Origin: Epiperipatus broadwayi
Lineage: Eukaryota > Animalia > Onychophora
Assembly: GCA_028023455.1 (NCBI GenBank)
Contig: JAQFVV010000001.1
Span: 10,168,001-10,232,000 of the forward strand
Length of the DNA stretch: 64,000 bases
Direction of reading: 5' to 3'
Under the pieces are notes generated by a model. The model ran no database searches, was not told the DNA's origin, and was given only the letters and a program-made list of their open reading frames with translations. This document shows, piece after piece, positions 26,751-39,429 of the stretch. A program made the position numbers and the translations under genes. Each line of letters begins with the position of its first letter. The first letter of the stretch is position 1.

Positions 26751-27409
26751 ATACAAAGAAGATAAATGTTAAATTCTTTTTAACATAAGTTAAAAAACAA
26801 CATCACAAGGTGACAAATAAACAAATTAAAAACTAGCATACTTATATGTGAATTATGAACTTATTGTTTAAATATTGCTAAATTAACTTATAATTTTTTA
26901 ATCTTTATCTTTTTTTCTTTTGAGTTTAGAATGGCCATAGTCGTTTATGAATGAGTGATAAGTAAAATAAAATAATTTGTCGAATAATGATTATTAATAA
27001 ATACAATGTTTGCAATGAAAATATGCAAAAAAAAAATTATATAAAATAAATTACAATGCTTCATCCATTATAATTGGAAATAGAAAATCACATAAATGAA
27101 TATAAAATAAGTTCTGCAAAATAAAGGATAAATTCGCATAAACTTTAAATATAATTAAAAATAGAAATTCATGAGAAATTAGTGAGATTTGAATCAAATT
27201 ATTAAAAACATTGGAAAAATAAGATTATATTTGTAATGCAATCTATGATTCAGATAGATAGTTATTATGTTTCTCCTTAATAATTATGATTCCAATAATA
27301 AAAAGAACCAAGGTAACAAAATGAAAACATTTTTAGAATAATAGAGTCTTAAATAGACAAATTTCCAATAAATTATCATGTTTATATTCAGTTTTGATTT
27401 AAAAATTTA

Positions 27410-28150
27410 GGACATCAGTTGCAAGTGGAATATTGAGAACACTATGGTTAAGAGAAATATAAAAAAAGAACAGCAGATTAATAATTGTCTCCTTTGATAA
27501 AATAAACTGGGATATTTTGAAAAAGAAAAATTGGAAAGAATGATGTTATTTGAAAAATTGTGCAGTATCAAAAGATTTGTTATTTTTAATGATTTCATTA
27601 TTGAAGAAATAAATAAAAGAAAAGGGTGAAGCAGAGGTTTTGTTCTTTCTCCATGTTGTTAATATGTACTTAAAGAAATTATTACCTAAGTATTATGTTG
27701 ATAATGATGGATTTAATCTTAGAATATCAGATAAGTTGATTATATAGTAGTATTTGAATATAATGACATTAAGATTAAAAAAATCTTTCATCAAATTGAT
27801 AGAAATTCTCAAAATTTTTATATGAAAACCCATAAATAAAAATAAAGCAATGCAATAGGTGGTAGTAATGCTTTTAAATATTTGGGTAATGAAAATTGCA
27901 ATAATTAAACAGACTTTTAATAAGAACATATTATTTTATGATTCACTAAAATAAGGTTTAAATAAAAGGCTTGTTAAATATTTTATTTAGGTTGTAGTTT
28001 GATATGGACTACAGAGATATAGACAGTTAAAAAATATGAGGATAAAAGATAAAAAAGATTTAGAGATGTAGATTTGCAGACTAAGAGGACTAAGTTAAGG
28101 AAAAAAGATGAGCAATTTGCAAAAGCAATCATTACAAAAAATATATTGAA
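27410..28150 (+). pseudogene. Highly degenerate RTE-like RT fragment
   Basis: Remnant motifs GILRTLW (cf. GIVRTIAE), SFDKINWDIL (cf. KAFDRVxW) and a GVKQ…VLSP…NMYL-like stretch near 27624-27680, in the expected order. Boundaries approximate. Confidence 0.5.
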
Positions 28151-28464
28151 AAATATAGAAAATAAAAACACAGTAGAAAAAGAAAGAAGTGTATAAATAA
28201 TTTCATGAAGAAAAAAAGTATAATTATTTAGGTAGTCGAAATTCATGAAAAAAATACTTTGACAAATAATTAATGATTCTGTTGAATATATAAATGTATA
28301 TGTCAATATATAAAACTATTATCACAGTTTTATTATATTGTAAAAACAAAATTCATTAATTCTCTTTTTACTAAAATTTGAGTCCTCATATTCACAAATT
28401 CAATATTCACAGTTATTTTTTTTATTTCACAACCAATTGAATAAAAATCCCTATATATATATAT

Positions 28465-30792
28465 TGTAACGGGCTGGTGAAATAGGGGAAGCACATCTTA
28501 CTATGGTCGGACTTTGGGTCTTCAGATAGGATGCAAGTGATTACGCGATGAAATACATAACTTATGATTGTACCTACTTCCAATAGACTAGCTCTACCTA
28601 TTTTTATTAACCTAGAAACAATTTGGATCAGTTCATTCAATTCTCACCCCTTTCTAGCCATGTTATACCACAGTATTCGAACTCAGGGAGTAATTGCTTG
28701 AGCTTTCTTATCAGGGAAGAAGATCACACTAATAGTAGTTATTGCACCTCTATATAGATGATAATTAATTACCAAAAATCAATTAAGCATAAGATATATA
28801 AAAAAATATGTATGTGCAGTATAAGTATATATGTATTAAAAATTATAATAAATGACTTAAATATGTATATGTATTTCCTTTATCATATTAATAATATTGA
28901 TAAGGGTAAAACTAAATAAGATAATAATGTTTACGATGGGTATATGAATAATGAAGAGTTATAAAGCTGATGGTGGATATGGAAATAATGATGAGTTAGA
29001 GACCAAATTAAAATAATGAATTATATAAACATTTATTGATTAACAAAAAAAAAAAAAAAGAATAACAATTAAATCTGATACATGTAATTGATTTTGTCAA
29101 GGATAAATTTCTACCATATCGATATCTATAATGATATTAATAAAAATAAAATCCTTGTCCTAAACCCAATGGTAGAAGTTCATGTACTTGATTAATTATT
29201 TACAACAACGAATATGTAAAATTATAATATGTATATGTGATTGCGATTTTAGCTGACTAATTTAAAATATGTATACAAACATAACAACAACAAAAAAAAT
29301 CTTTGTTGTCTAGATAAATCAATGATTATAAATCATTGATTTAACAGTAATATAAAAATAAGCTTATTTAATAATAAAGAAATAAAACTCTATCATTGTG
29401 TTTTGCTTACTGTAAGATAATATTAAAATTTCTTACCTTTCAATTTCCTATATGTTATCAAAAGTCAATCAGATGGGGAGGTCAAAACTAGTAATTTTTT
29501 TATTCTTTATACAATTAAAGATGATAAAAAAATATATATAAATTTAAATCTAATATTTCCCCCCTCATTACTCTCATACAGAATTTCTCTAAAATTACAA
29601 CACATTAGCTTCCAATTGTAGAAAACGAAATTAATACATAGAATTTATAATAGACAAAATAATAAAACAAAAATCACAATTCTTATCCCATTATGTTAAT
29701 TAAAGTTCGATGAGTCTGCTGGAAACTGTTTATTTACTAAATAAATTCCTATGAATGGAGATGAAGTTCTGCTCCCATGAAGAATAGAAATTTCTTGTCT
29801 GGGTCAAAAATAATAATGTTCTCCAATTATCCTGTCTTGGATTTGGTTAGGCATTTTATTTAAAGCAAAGACGGTTTTCAAGTTTCTAAATGGGCAGGTA
29901 AAATCTTTAACTTTTCATGGCTTTATTGGTGACATATTATTACCCCATGGTATAAACTTTTCAGCAAGCAATCATGATATAAAAATAATATATATTTATT
30001 GATTCATTTGCTTCTCAAGATTTCAATGATGATATTATTATATATCAAAACAATTAATTATTGAATATTACTGCAATATGGTACATTTAACTAAAATTGT
30101 CTAAGTAGCAAATAATTAAATTTTTACTTTCAAATTAGTTCTTCCATTTCAAACGATTGCTTCAAAAAAAATTCAGCTTTCAATCATTTTGATTAAAATA
30201 TATATATATATTTAAATTCGAACATTCACATCCATTTTGTATTCGAATTTATTTTTAAGCAGAAAAAAAAATAATGTTCTATCTTCGAATGCAGAAGACA
30301 GTATAACAATTAATACTGTGTTGTAGGTGGAGTGAAGTTTTTTTAAGCATTTTAAACTTGGCATTTCCTATTGTTTAACAGACATAATATAAATAAATGG
30401 GATTACAAATAAAAAATAATAATTTATAAATATTTTAAATTTCATTTCTACAAATGGTTGCTATGTGTTTAGATTTTAATTCAGTCATTTTTTTTTTTAA
30501 GTTTATGTGTAAGTTTTTTGGTATAGTTCTCCCCAGTTATTAACATATAACACCTTTTATTCCAGTATTAGTATACCTATCTGTTCATTTTTTCTTTTCC
30601 TACTAATTTAAGTTTTTATTACTTCTTTTAAAAATAAAAAGATGTTTATGTGAATGTATGCATTGGAAAGAAAAAATGTTTATATGATAATTTGCTTGGC
30701 AATTTATTGGTTAAGCAAATATGTCTATGTGGCTCCAATTGGTAGTGTCTTAAATAATTGGATGGTGTATCAGGTTTTAGCTCATCACTACA
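28465..30792. mobile_element. Probable large solo LTR (~2.3 kb) inserted in (TA)n, likely minus strand
   Basis: (TA)n|TGTAACGGG… at 28465 and …CACTACA|(AT)n at 30792. On the minus strand the 28465 end reads …CAGCCCGTTACA, resembling …AACCCGGTACA at 37143. No internal coding sequence seen. Confidence 0.5.
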
Positions 30793-30923
30793 ATATATAT
30801 ATATATAAAGGAAACCACAGATAAAGTTAGATGGGAAGTGCTGATTCACTATAACATAAAAATAACATTCCCCATTGAATAAATATTCTAACCAAACCTA
30901 AGAATTTCATTTTTCTAAAAGTT

Positions 30924-31170
30924 CAAGGAGTCTATAAAATCCCATAAGGGTTTAAACTACATACATACAAAGAAGCAATCATTGCATACGTTGTAGAAGA
31001 AATGAACATATTAATTCAGTAAAAAAAAAACTTTCAACATCCTCAGCACTTTCTTTCCATGTTTTAGATGATGGCCATCATATAGATTTCACAAATACTA
31101 AAATCATATACATATGCAATAGGCATCATCAAAGAGTATTTAGGCAGATATAGACATTTTGAAAAAAGTT
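30924..31170 (+). pseudogene. Remnant GIY-YIG endonuclease of a Penelope-like retroelement
   Basis: Manual translation across frameshifts: QGVYKIP*…NYIHT…EHI…SSALSFHVLDDGHHIDFTNTKII…HHQRVFRQI, matching the PLE pattern GVYxIPC…YIGQT…EH…SAxxxH…GHxxDxxNxKIL. Confidence 0.6.
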
Positions 31171-33139
31171 ATAATAACAAATATAATGAAACAATAAAAT
31201 TACAATTCATATGGAAAAATTACCTCACACAAATAAAAAAAAATCATTCAAATTTAAGTCAAACTGTTCGACAACTATATGACACAGTTATTATTTCTAC
31301 AATATCCATGTGGTTACTACTATATGCAGTTAAGGTCAAATATTATTATCTTGTCAAAATGTCTGTATTTAACTTTACTTTTATTTTACTGAACATGGTT
31401 ACACCCAAAACCATAATTTATAAACATCTTTTGTCCATGAAAACATTCATTTCAACATATATAATATATGTAACAATAATCAATTGTAGTGACAAATATA
31501 TATATATATAGCATTTGAGATTCTCTTAAAGTGACTGTTGCTATGAATGATTGCTCTCTCTGATCACAGTGTTCAATAATTCATGCAAAAAGAGAATACC
31601 TTTCTTTTATTGCACTCTACATTAATAGCTAGAGAATTGTTACAAAAACTTTCAGTTAGAGGAGTGAATGTTAAATCAATGGAGATATATATGGCAGATT
31701 AGTTTAGATTTTACTGGACATATCTAATTTACAAAGCAGTGTTATTCATATTCATTTTAAAACTTTGCAAATAAACATTCAGATGATAAATATAATAAGC
31801 AATTACAGTGTCAAATATATGATCACTCTCTTGACTTTTTTTTATGAATAATTGATTTGCCTTATGTATTAAGAGAACCTAATGTTTAAATTTACCTATT
31901 TAACCTAGATTACAAAATATAAATTATAAATAGACAGAAAATTGACCATTTTTTCATATTTGTAATTCAGATTTTGTAATCTAGTTATCATAGCTGGATA
32001 AATTTAACATTAGGTTACCATTATGGAAATTGTGATTTTACATATACTCTAATAGTAAGTTATTATGTTCAGGAACCAAAGTTATAAAATGAATAAAACA
32101 GCTAAGTTAAGTTAACCAAACTGAATATTTAATTTACTTTCCTTTATCATTGCATGGTTTAACTTAATGGTGGGAGTATCAAGTGAAAAAAAGATAACAT
32201 TCCTAAATCAATTCCCATTTAAGAATTCTGAAGAAATAATAATAAAAAAAAGCAACAAGTATTTTGGTTTAGTCAACTGAATATAAAAATTGTGCTCATC
32301 CTATAATTTTAATGCTCAAATGTCACATGATCTCCATAAAATGATTATATAATTGTATATAAATAAACACACTTGCATTCATAAATTCATTGTATTTAAT
32401 GTTTATAATTTTACAAATACTTTTTAGTTAAATAAAAATATTTATTGCTAAGAGAAGAGACTATTCATATTAACAAAATATTCTTCACTGAGTAATATAC
32501 ATATATATAGACAGATAAATATATTTTGTGAGACTTTCAAACAATAAAGTTACACGTAAAGAATTATATTTTAACAAATTTCAATTATTATATATTCCAA
32601 GTGACTTTAAAAAAATATTTTATAAGACTTCTTAATAAAAACTTTCTTTTCTTATGTATTGCTAAGTAAAAATTATATAAATTTAATTTATTATTATTTC
32701 CATTCACATATAATTAAATTTATTTAATGATTTATTCTGTAAAAATACTGTTTAACCTGATATTTGAACATTTTATATTAATAGATGTAAATTATGCTTA
32801 TTATATTTAAATGTAAAGCACAACCATAATAAATTCACAGTAATAATATTATATTCAAATAATTATCAGGTGATCATTCAGATATATAGCTCAATCAATC
32901 TCTTCCTGCAAGATTATATTTCTCAAAAAATGCAATTGCTGTGTGAGTTATTTATTATAAGTGGTATTACTATTCACATGTCTAATTATGTTTCGCATTA
33001 CCAATTTTTAAGTATAAATACAAGATAAAAACAGATATTTTAAAAAAGATATATGATAAGTTCAACAAGAACTTATTAAAAATATTTACAGAATATTAAA
33101 ATCAAATGTTCATTAATAACATACACTTTCCAAATATAA

Positions 33140-33296
33140 TGTAGCAACTCAGTCATAGTAATCAATGGATGCTAGAAGATTTGGGCATTAAAACCCCTAT
33201 CTAGCACCTAATCACCAATGCCCCCAGATTAGTTTCTAGCTTATCATTTTTCACAGTGAGGAGCTTTGAATTTGAAAGCACTTCACCTAAATCTTT
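33140..33296 (-). repeat. Unclassified dispersed repeat, further copy
   Basis: CATAGTAATCAATGGATGCTAGAAG…CCCTATCTAG…CAGATTAGTTTCTAGCTT…CACCTAAATCTTT matches 1853-2075 in the same orientation. Confidence 0.75.
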
Positions 33297-35372
33297 GTGT
33301 AAACATAAGAAATAGTAGTCATGTGATTTTCAAATATATTTAAAAAAAAAAAAAATCTTGTCATGTTTAATTGCAACTTAAAATATTTTTTTGCTAAAGC
33401 AAATAAAGTTGAATGTGATGTTAACATTTAAGATTTTAATAAAACTAAACATATTATTTATTTTTATCAATAATTCATTTAAAAGCAATTTTAGAATTGC
33501 AAATATTTCAATCCAATTACACAACTATGTGATATAATTAAAAATAATAATAGTGAAATAGATTGAATTATACTTTGAAGTACTTACTTTATATTAGCAA
33601 TCAGTAAACAAAAACAGTTTAAAGATATAAATTTAGCAAATGTTGTTCAAACCATTATTAGCTCAACATATTCACCAATAATTTGTTTATTTAGACATGA
33701 ATATTAAAAATAATCATATGATTATTATTTTTAGAAGGTGAGACATTTGAGCACAAGGTGCAGAATAACCAAAACAGTTCCAATCAAGTTTTTTATGTTT
33801 ATTTTACTCAAATTTCTGTATGCTTTAGTGTAAGGATAAAGTCACGAACTTGAAAGCTAAAGATTCTTGGATCAAACTCAATCAGACATTTTTAATACTT
33901 GTATGTGGCATGACCTCCCTAAAAAATAATCATTCAATTTTTTTAAAATCTAAGAACAGATTATGAGATCTTTAGCTCTGATTATGATACTCTGTCACTG
34001 TGATAAACTATATTTCATTAAAACAGGGAAATGAAAAAACTAATGATCATTAAGGTTAATGTTTATAATTGCACATCTACATGCATACTCATTTTTGAAT
34101 AGATCTCAACAATATCAGATATGGGGAAAATATAAGACTCATTTTTGCATTTCATATAACTTTATTTTCTAAATAAGTATTTTAATTTTTAATTTATTTT
34201 TGTACAGTTTAGCTTTTTATAAAATAAATTTCAATGGAGAATAATTATGGAACGTGTTGATATCAAAAAAAGTAATTTATATATAAAAATTACATTTTCA
34301 AATCAAACCATAATTATAATTAAATAAAAGTTAAAATAAATTTTTATTCTTTTACTAAATATACAATGATAACAATTTATAAATAATAAACTATTACTAT
34401 TTTAATGGTAAATATCTAATAAATATTTCTAAAAAAAAAAAAAAATTAAATATCTTTATTAGTAAAAAAATATGCAGATACTTCTGTATAAAAACCTTAA
34501 TTTCTTTTTTTTATAACTAAATATCTTTATTAGTTAAAATGGATACCCTTTCATTCATAAATAAATTAAAAGAAAAAGGTTAACTTACTTGAACTTTCTA
34601 GGTTCATGTAAGCAAAAAAAAAAAAAGTGAGAAAAAAACAAACAAACTATAAATTAGCAAATTTAAAAAAGTAGCCAAAATCTGAATAAATTACTATGAA
34701 TTTAGTATAGCATTAAAAGCATATAGCAATTTATTAATGTTTATTTTAAGTTAAGATTTTGAATTAAAATCAACATTATCAAATTTTATTTAATATATTT
34801 GGAAAACACTTTGCTACTATAATATAAATAAACTCCAATAAATACAATAGGTAGTTGAGGGTCATATGAAAATCTGAGTTCAAACCCCCTATATATACAA
34901 AAACATGTAAGTTACATATAAAAAAATTAATAATTAAACCACACTATTGATGAAAAAAAAAACCAGTTAAAATCAAAATTATCAATTTTCTAAGATGATT
35001 TCTTTGCTTTTTCTATTTATTTTTTTTCAAGACCCATAAATGTTTGTTGGTCTGACTATCTAGAAACTACTTTTTAGATAATAAAAAAAAAATTGTTCTG
35101 CAGTTTATTTCTATATTTAATTCCTTTCATTTTTTCCATGCACATTATTTTTACCACATTCACAAATAATTTAGATCACAATTAAATCATCATGTCTTAA
35201 TAAATAACATGCTGTGAGTAGAAGTGATCAGTTAAGCTTAAGTAATCATTAATTTCTACCACTTTTGGTAAACTCTATTTTTAAACTGCTCTGTATTCAG
35301 GGAAGCCCTAGCTCACCTAAAAAGCAATAAATTAATAAAATACAAACAGATTGGGGTGATATATATATATAT

Positions 35373-37143
35373 TGTACCAATATTGAAATTGGCACATGAT
35401 GATTTTGCCTAAAAAAATTATTAAATAATAAATAAGTTATAAAAATCTAAAAGGTTTCTTTAAGTAAACAAAATCAGTTTGCTGTCAAAAGTAAAATTAA
35501 AAGTTTAAGAGTTTATTACAGTTTGTTTTCGAAAAAGATATGAATCAAATAGTTTTCCATCGTTAGTTTTTGAAATAAAAAGCTACAATTAATTAATCAG
35601 AAAGGGAGAGGGGTGTTTTATTAGGAAAAGTCAAATTAAAAGTTTTATAAAAGGAAGTAAACAGTTTTCTTATTAGTATTCGTAAAATATAAATAATTTA
35701 AAGTTTAAAAAAAAAATACAAATCTCTTTTCATTCGAATTAAAAAAAAAAAAATCTTAAAACTAGTAATATATATGCATATATATGTGCGATTATCAATA
35801 ATAGAATAAATATATGCGTAATAAATGTTATTATAAATAAATGAAAGTTAAAGAAGATTATCATTAAAAAACACGGCAATGGCTATTAATTAATTAAAAG
35901 TATAAAACAACACATCTTGCATGGCTATTACTAATTAAACAATCTTCCAAAACACATTGTCAAAGGATTATCAATGAAATTTCGACAACAGATATTGCCG
36001 GAGGATATCGAAAAGAAAAACACTTTGCAGGTATAAATAGTAAAATTTTATTGGATAATCAGTTCAGTTCAGAAATTAATTGAGTCAGTTAAGTCAAGAG
36101 AGGACAATCAGTTGAGTTAATTGTGTCCAGAAACAAAATGCAGTGCTGAGTAGCTTTTGGGAACACACGTTTTCTCCACAGTCTGATGTCCGATGAAAAC
36201 AGCAAGATCTGCCCGTGAAATAATGTCAGCGTAACAACTTGGAAATCTCCATCAATATCTAATTGTCTCCAATAATAATAATCATGAAGAATAATGAAAC
36301 TCATCAAGGAAACATCCCAGCCGGCTGGAAGAAGCAGCAAACAAGAAGAAAACAAAGTTCTAAATCTATGTTCAAAATCCTAGGTAAAACATTTGCTTAT
36401 TTTCGTTTATACTGTAATAGCCATTGCATTGCATTAATTCGTGTGAATCCTTCAAGAGTCTAATTATATGAACTCTATATCATACATAAAATGAACTATT
36501 GATATGTGTGTTTAAGTTTCAAATGCTATGTAATACTTTATTATTATATATGTGAGTGTATGAGTTAATATGTGCGTGATCATTATATCAGTGTTATTAG
36601 TTAAATTAGATAAATACCAGTGTTCTATTATTAAAATCTACAAGAATATTTAAACTAGTTTAGAAATGTTAATTTAAAAATATGTGTGTGTTTTATTAGA
36701 ATTATAAAATGTTTAAAATTAGTAAATGTTATTTAATAAATTGTCTTTAAAATTAAACTTTATTTGTCGGTCAATTCTTTTTATCAATTCCTTCTACCAA
36801 TTCTTTTATTAATTCTTTCACCATTAATTATGTATAATCTGTTAGTGATTACAAATAGCTGAGCTAGTCATGGATATTTAGGCGTTGAATTAGTGGCCAT
36901 TGCTCAAAGTGTGTTATTTATTCATTCTTGAATAGATAGCTGGTGCCTGTGTTTATACACAAACAAAAAAAAGTGCTTTGAACGTGGTGTTGAACTCAAC
37001 AGTCGAGAAGAAGTTATGTCCTGGAAATGTAACGCTAGTTATATATATTTTATAGCTATCGTTTGGACATACATATTCTCCGAATATGTTCTTCTCTGCC
37101 TAAGAGGCCGGTGTTTCAATGACTCATATTCGAACCCGGTACA
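35373..37143 (+). mobile_element. Probable solo LTR (1771 bp) inserted in (TA)n
   Basis: Exact 6-bp inverted termini TGTACC…GGTACA, flanked on both sides by ATATAT. No long ORF; GC-richer central and 3' parts. Confidence 0.7.
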
Positions 37144-37604
37144 ATATATATATATATTTTACAAACACAATTGTTAATAATAACCATAATAGTATGTAAT
37201 GGCGATAAGAAATAATTAGTTCATGACATGGTTAAATATTCGAATTATAATAACATTAATATAACACTTAAATCTCATATAGCTTTATAGTTTGTAATCT
37301 ATGTTTCGTTATATGCTCAGTTCAGTTATTATGAGACTTAACATTACCCATTGCAGTTCTTATCTTCTTCGGCTAAAGACTTCTTCAAATTCTGCCAATT
37401 TTCAGACTTTCAGTATCAGGACATTCTTTTTTATCTATACTTCAGGAATGACCCGAGTTATAGTTTTTTGTGACCCTCTAACAGTTTCTAGAATAATCTT
37501 ACCACACAGAACACCTCCCCCTATTCTAGAACATAGTCATTAAATCTCATTGTTAGTTTACATTTTCTAGGAGTCCAGATAGTGTGAGATACTTCGATTT
37601 CACT

Positions 37605-38684
37605 ATTTTGACTAAAAAACGTGAAGCTTTTAAATATTTTAATATTTAACTCACCGCATATTATTTCTAAATCAATAATGTGAAATCTTTTGATTTACAA
37701 TGAAGAAATATTTTCAGAAATTATGAAATTGACAGTAACGTATGTAAATATAATTCATTAAGCGCAAACAGGTCATAATTAAAGTGAAAGGCTGAAACCT
37801 CCTCGCATGCACATTTAGAATGCTTATATAACAGCCAATCAGATGTAATAATGACTATATAGGTAGCTCTCAAGTCGCAACACAAGACAGAGATTTTTAT
37901 AAAAAAAAGGTGGATCCACCTTCTTCTTTACTTAAATTTCTATATAAATAAGCCAGTCTGAAGGCTTAAGAGCGTGAAGCTTTAAACCACCTTCATATTT
38001 AACTCACTGCATATTATTTCTAAATCAACAATGCAAAATCTTTCAATTTACAACAAAGTAATATTTTCAGAACTTATGAAATTGACAATGAAATATGCAC
38101 AGAGTTAAATGTGAAGATGTATAAAAGCTTCATACTCTTAAGTCAAAATGCTTCCGACTGGCTTATTTATATAGAAATTTAAGTAAAAAAAGAAGATGGA
38201 ACCAACTTTTTCTTATAAAAATCTGTCTTGTGTTGTGACTTGAGAGCTCTACAATCATTATTACATCTGATTGGTTGTTATTTAAGCATTTTAAATGTGC
38301 ATGCGAGAAGGTTTCAGCCTTTCACTTTAATTCGAACTGCTTGTGCTTAATAAATTATATTTACATACATTATTGTCGATTTCATAAGTCCTGAAAATAT
38401 TACTTCATTGTAAATTGAAAGATTTCACATTGTTGATTTAGAAATAATACGCAGTGAGTTAAATGTGAAGATGTTTAAAGGCTTCATGCTCTTTAGTCAA
38501 AATGCTTCAGACTGGCTTATTTATACAGAAATTTAAATAAAAAAGAAGGTGGATCCACCTTTTTCTTATAAAAATCTCTGTCTTGTGTTGCAACTTGAGA
38601 GCTAACTATAGTCATTATTACATCTGATTGGCTGTTATATAAGCATTCTAAATGTGCATGAGAGGTTTCAGCCTTTCACATTAA
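37605..38684. repeat. Satellite-like array with a ~354-bp monomer and an internal inversion
   Basis: GTGAAGCTTT at 37621 and 37974 (period 353, plus orientation). GAGTTAAATGTGAAGATG at 38102 and 38456 (period 354, reverse orientation). Orientation switches near 38090-38101. Confidence 0.9.
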
Positions 38685-39429
38685 AGTGACAATGTAACAA
38701 TCAATCCATTAGGATCTGTCATTTTATTATAATCTGAGCACAATTGTACAAATTCATTAAGACATTTGCAATAGCCCACATGATTGTTTTTTTAGTTGCA
38801 CTAAATAATTAAGTTATATTTTGTGTTTTTAATCTTTAAAATGTTCAATTAAAATTTCAAACACTTTTTGGATTTTACTTCTAACTTAAATATTTGGTTT
38901 AAAAATTTTAATATTTATTGTTGTAAGTTCTCATTAGAATATTCCACTTCATCTCAAAACATAGTTAAGCTTTTGCTTTTATTGATAAAAAATAAATATA
39001 ATCCAGAATTGCATTGTTAACTTCTTTATATTGCTCAGCAATAATAAGTTTTATCTCCATCTACCTTATCATTTCAATAATGAAAACTCAAAATTTTGTC
39101 TGCATTTACTGCATGCAATGCCTCTTTATTATAAAATGTTAAACTATGTTCCATTTACCTTGTCTTTTCTTTTTTCAATTTTTGTTGGAAACTGAATTTA
39201 TCTTTTTACTTATCTCTACACTAGATATACATTCCACTTGATATAATATCACTGGGATTTATAATTTCATTATATTTATCAGTATGTCTAATCATGTCCT
39301 AAAAGCAGCAGCCTTAACTGCCTTTATTATAAATACTGATCATCTATTTAAAACAATAACAAATTACTATATTTATAATTTTTTTGTATTAATCAGTGTA
39401 ATAATGATCACTTATATTATGAAGTGATA

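Noticed and set aside
29316-29342. Short perfect hairpins (also 11756-11772, 23205-23235)
   Set aside because: AT-rich stems of 7-12 bp are expected by chance in 64 kb of this composition.
39159-39191. 33-bp minus-strand exon candidate FPTKIEKRKDK
   Set aside because: The acceptor lacks a polypyrimidine tract, and it lies in low-complexity sequence.
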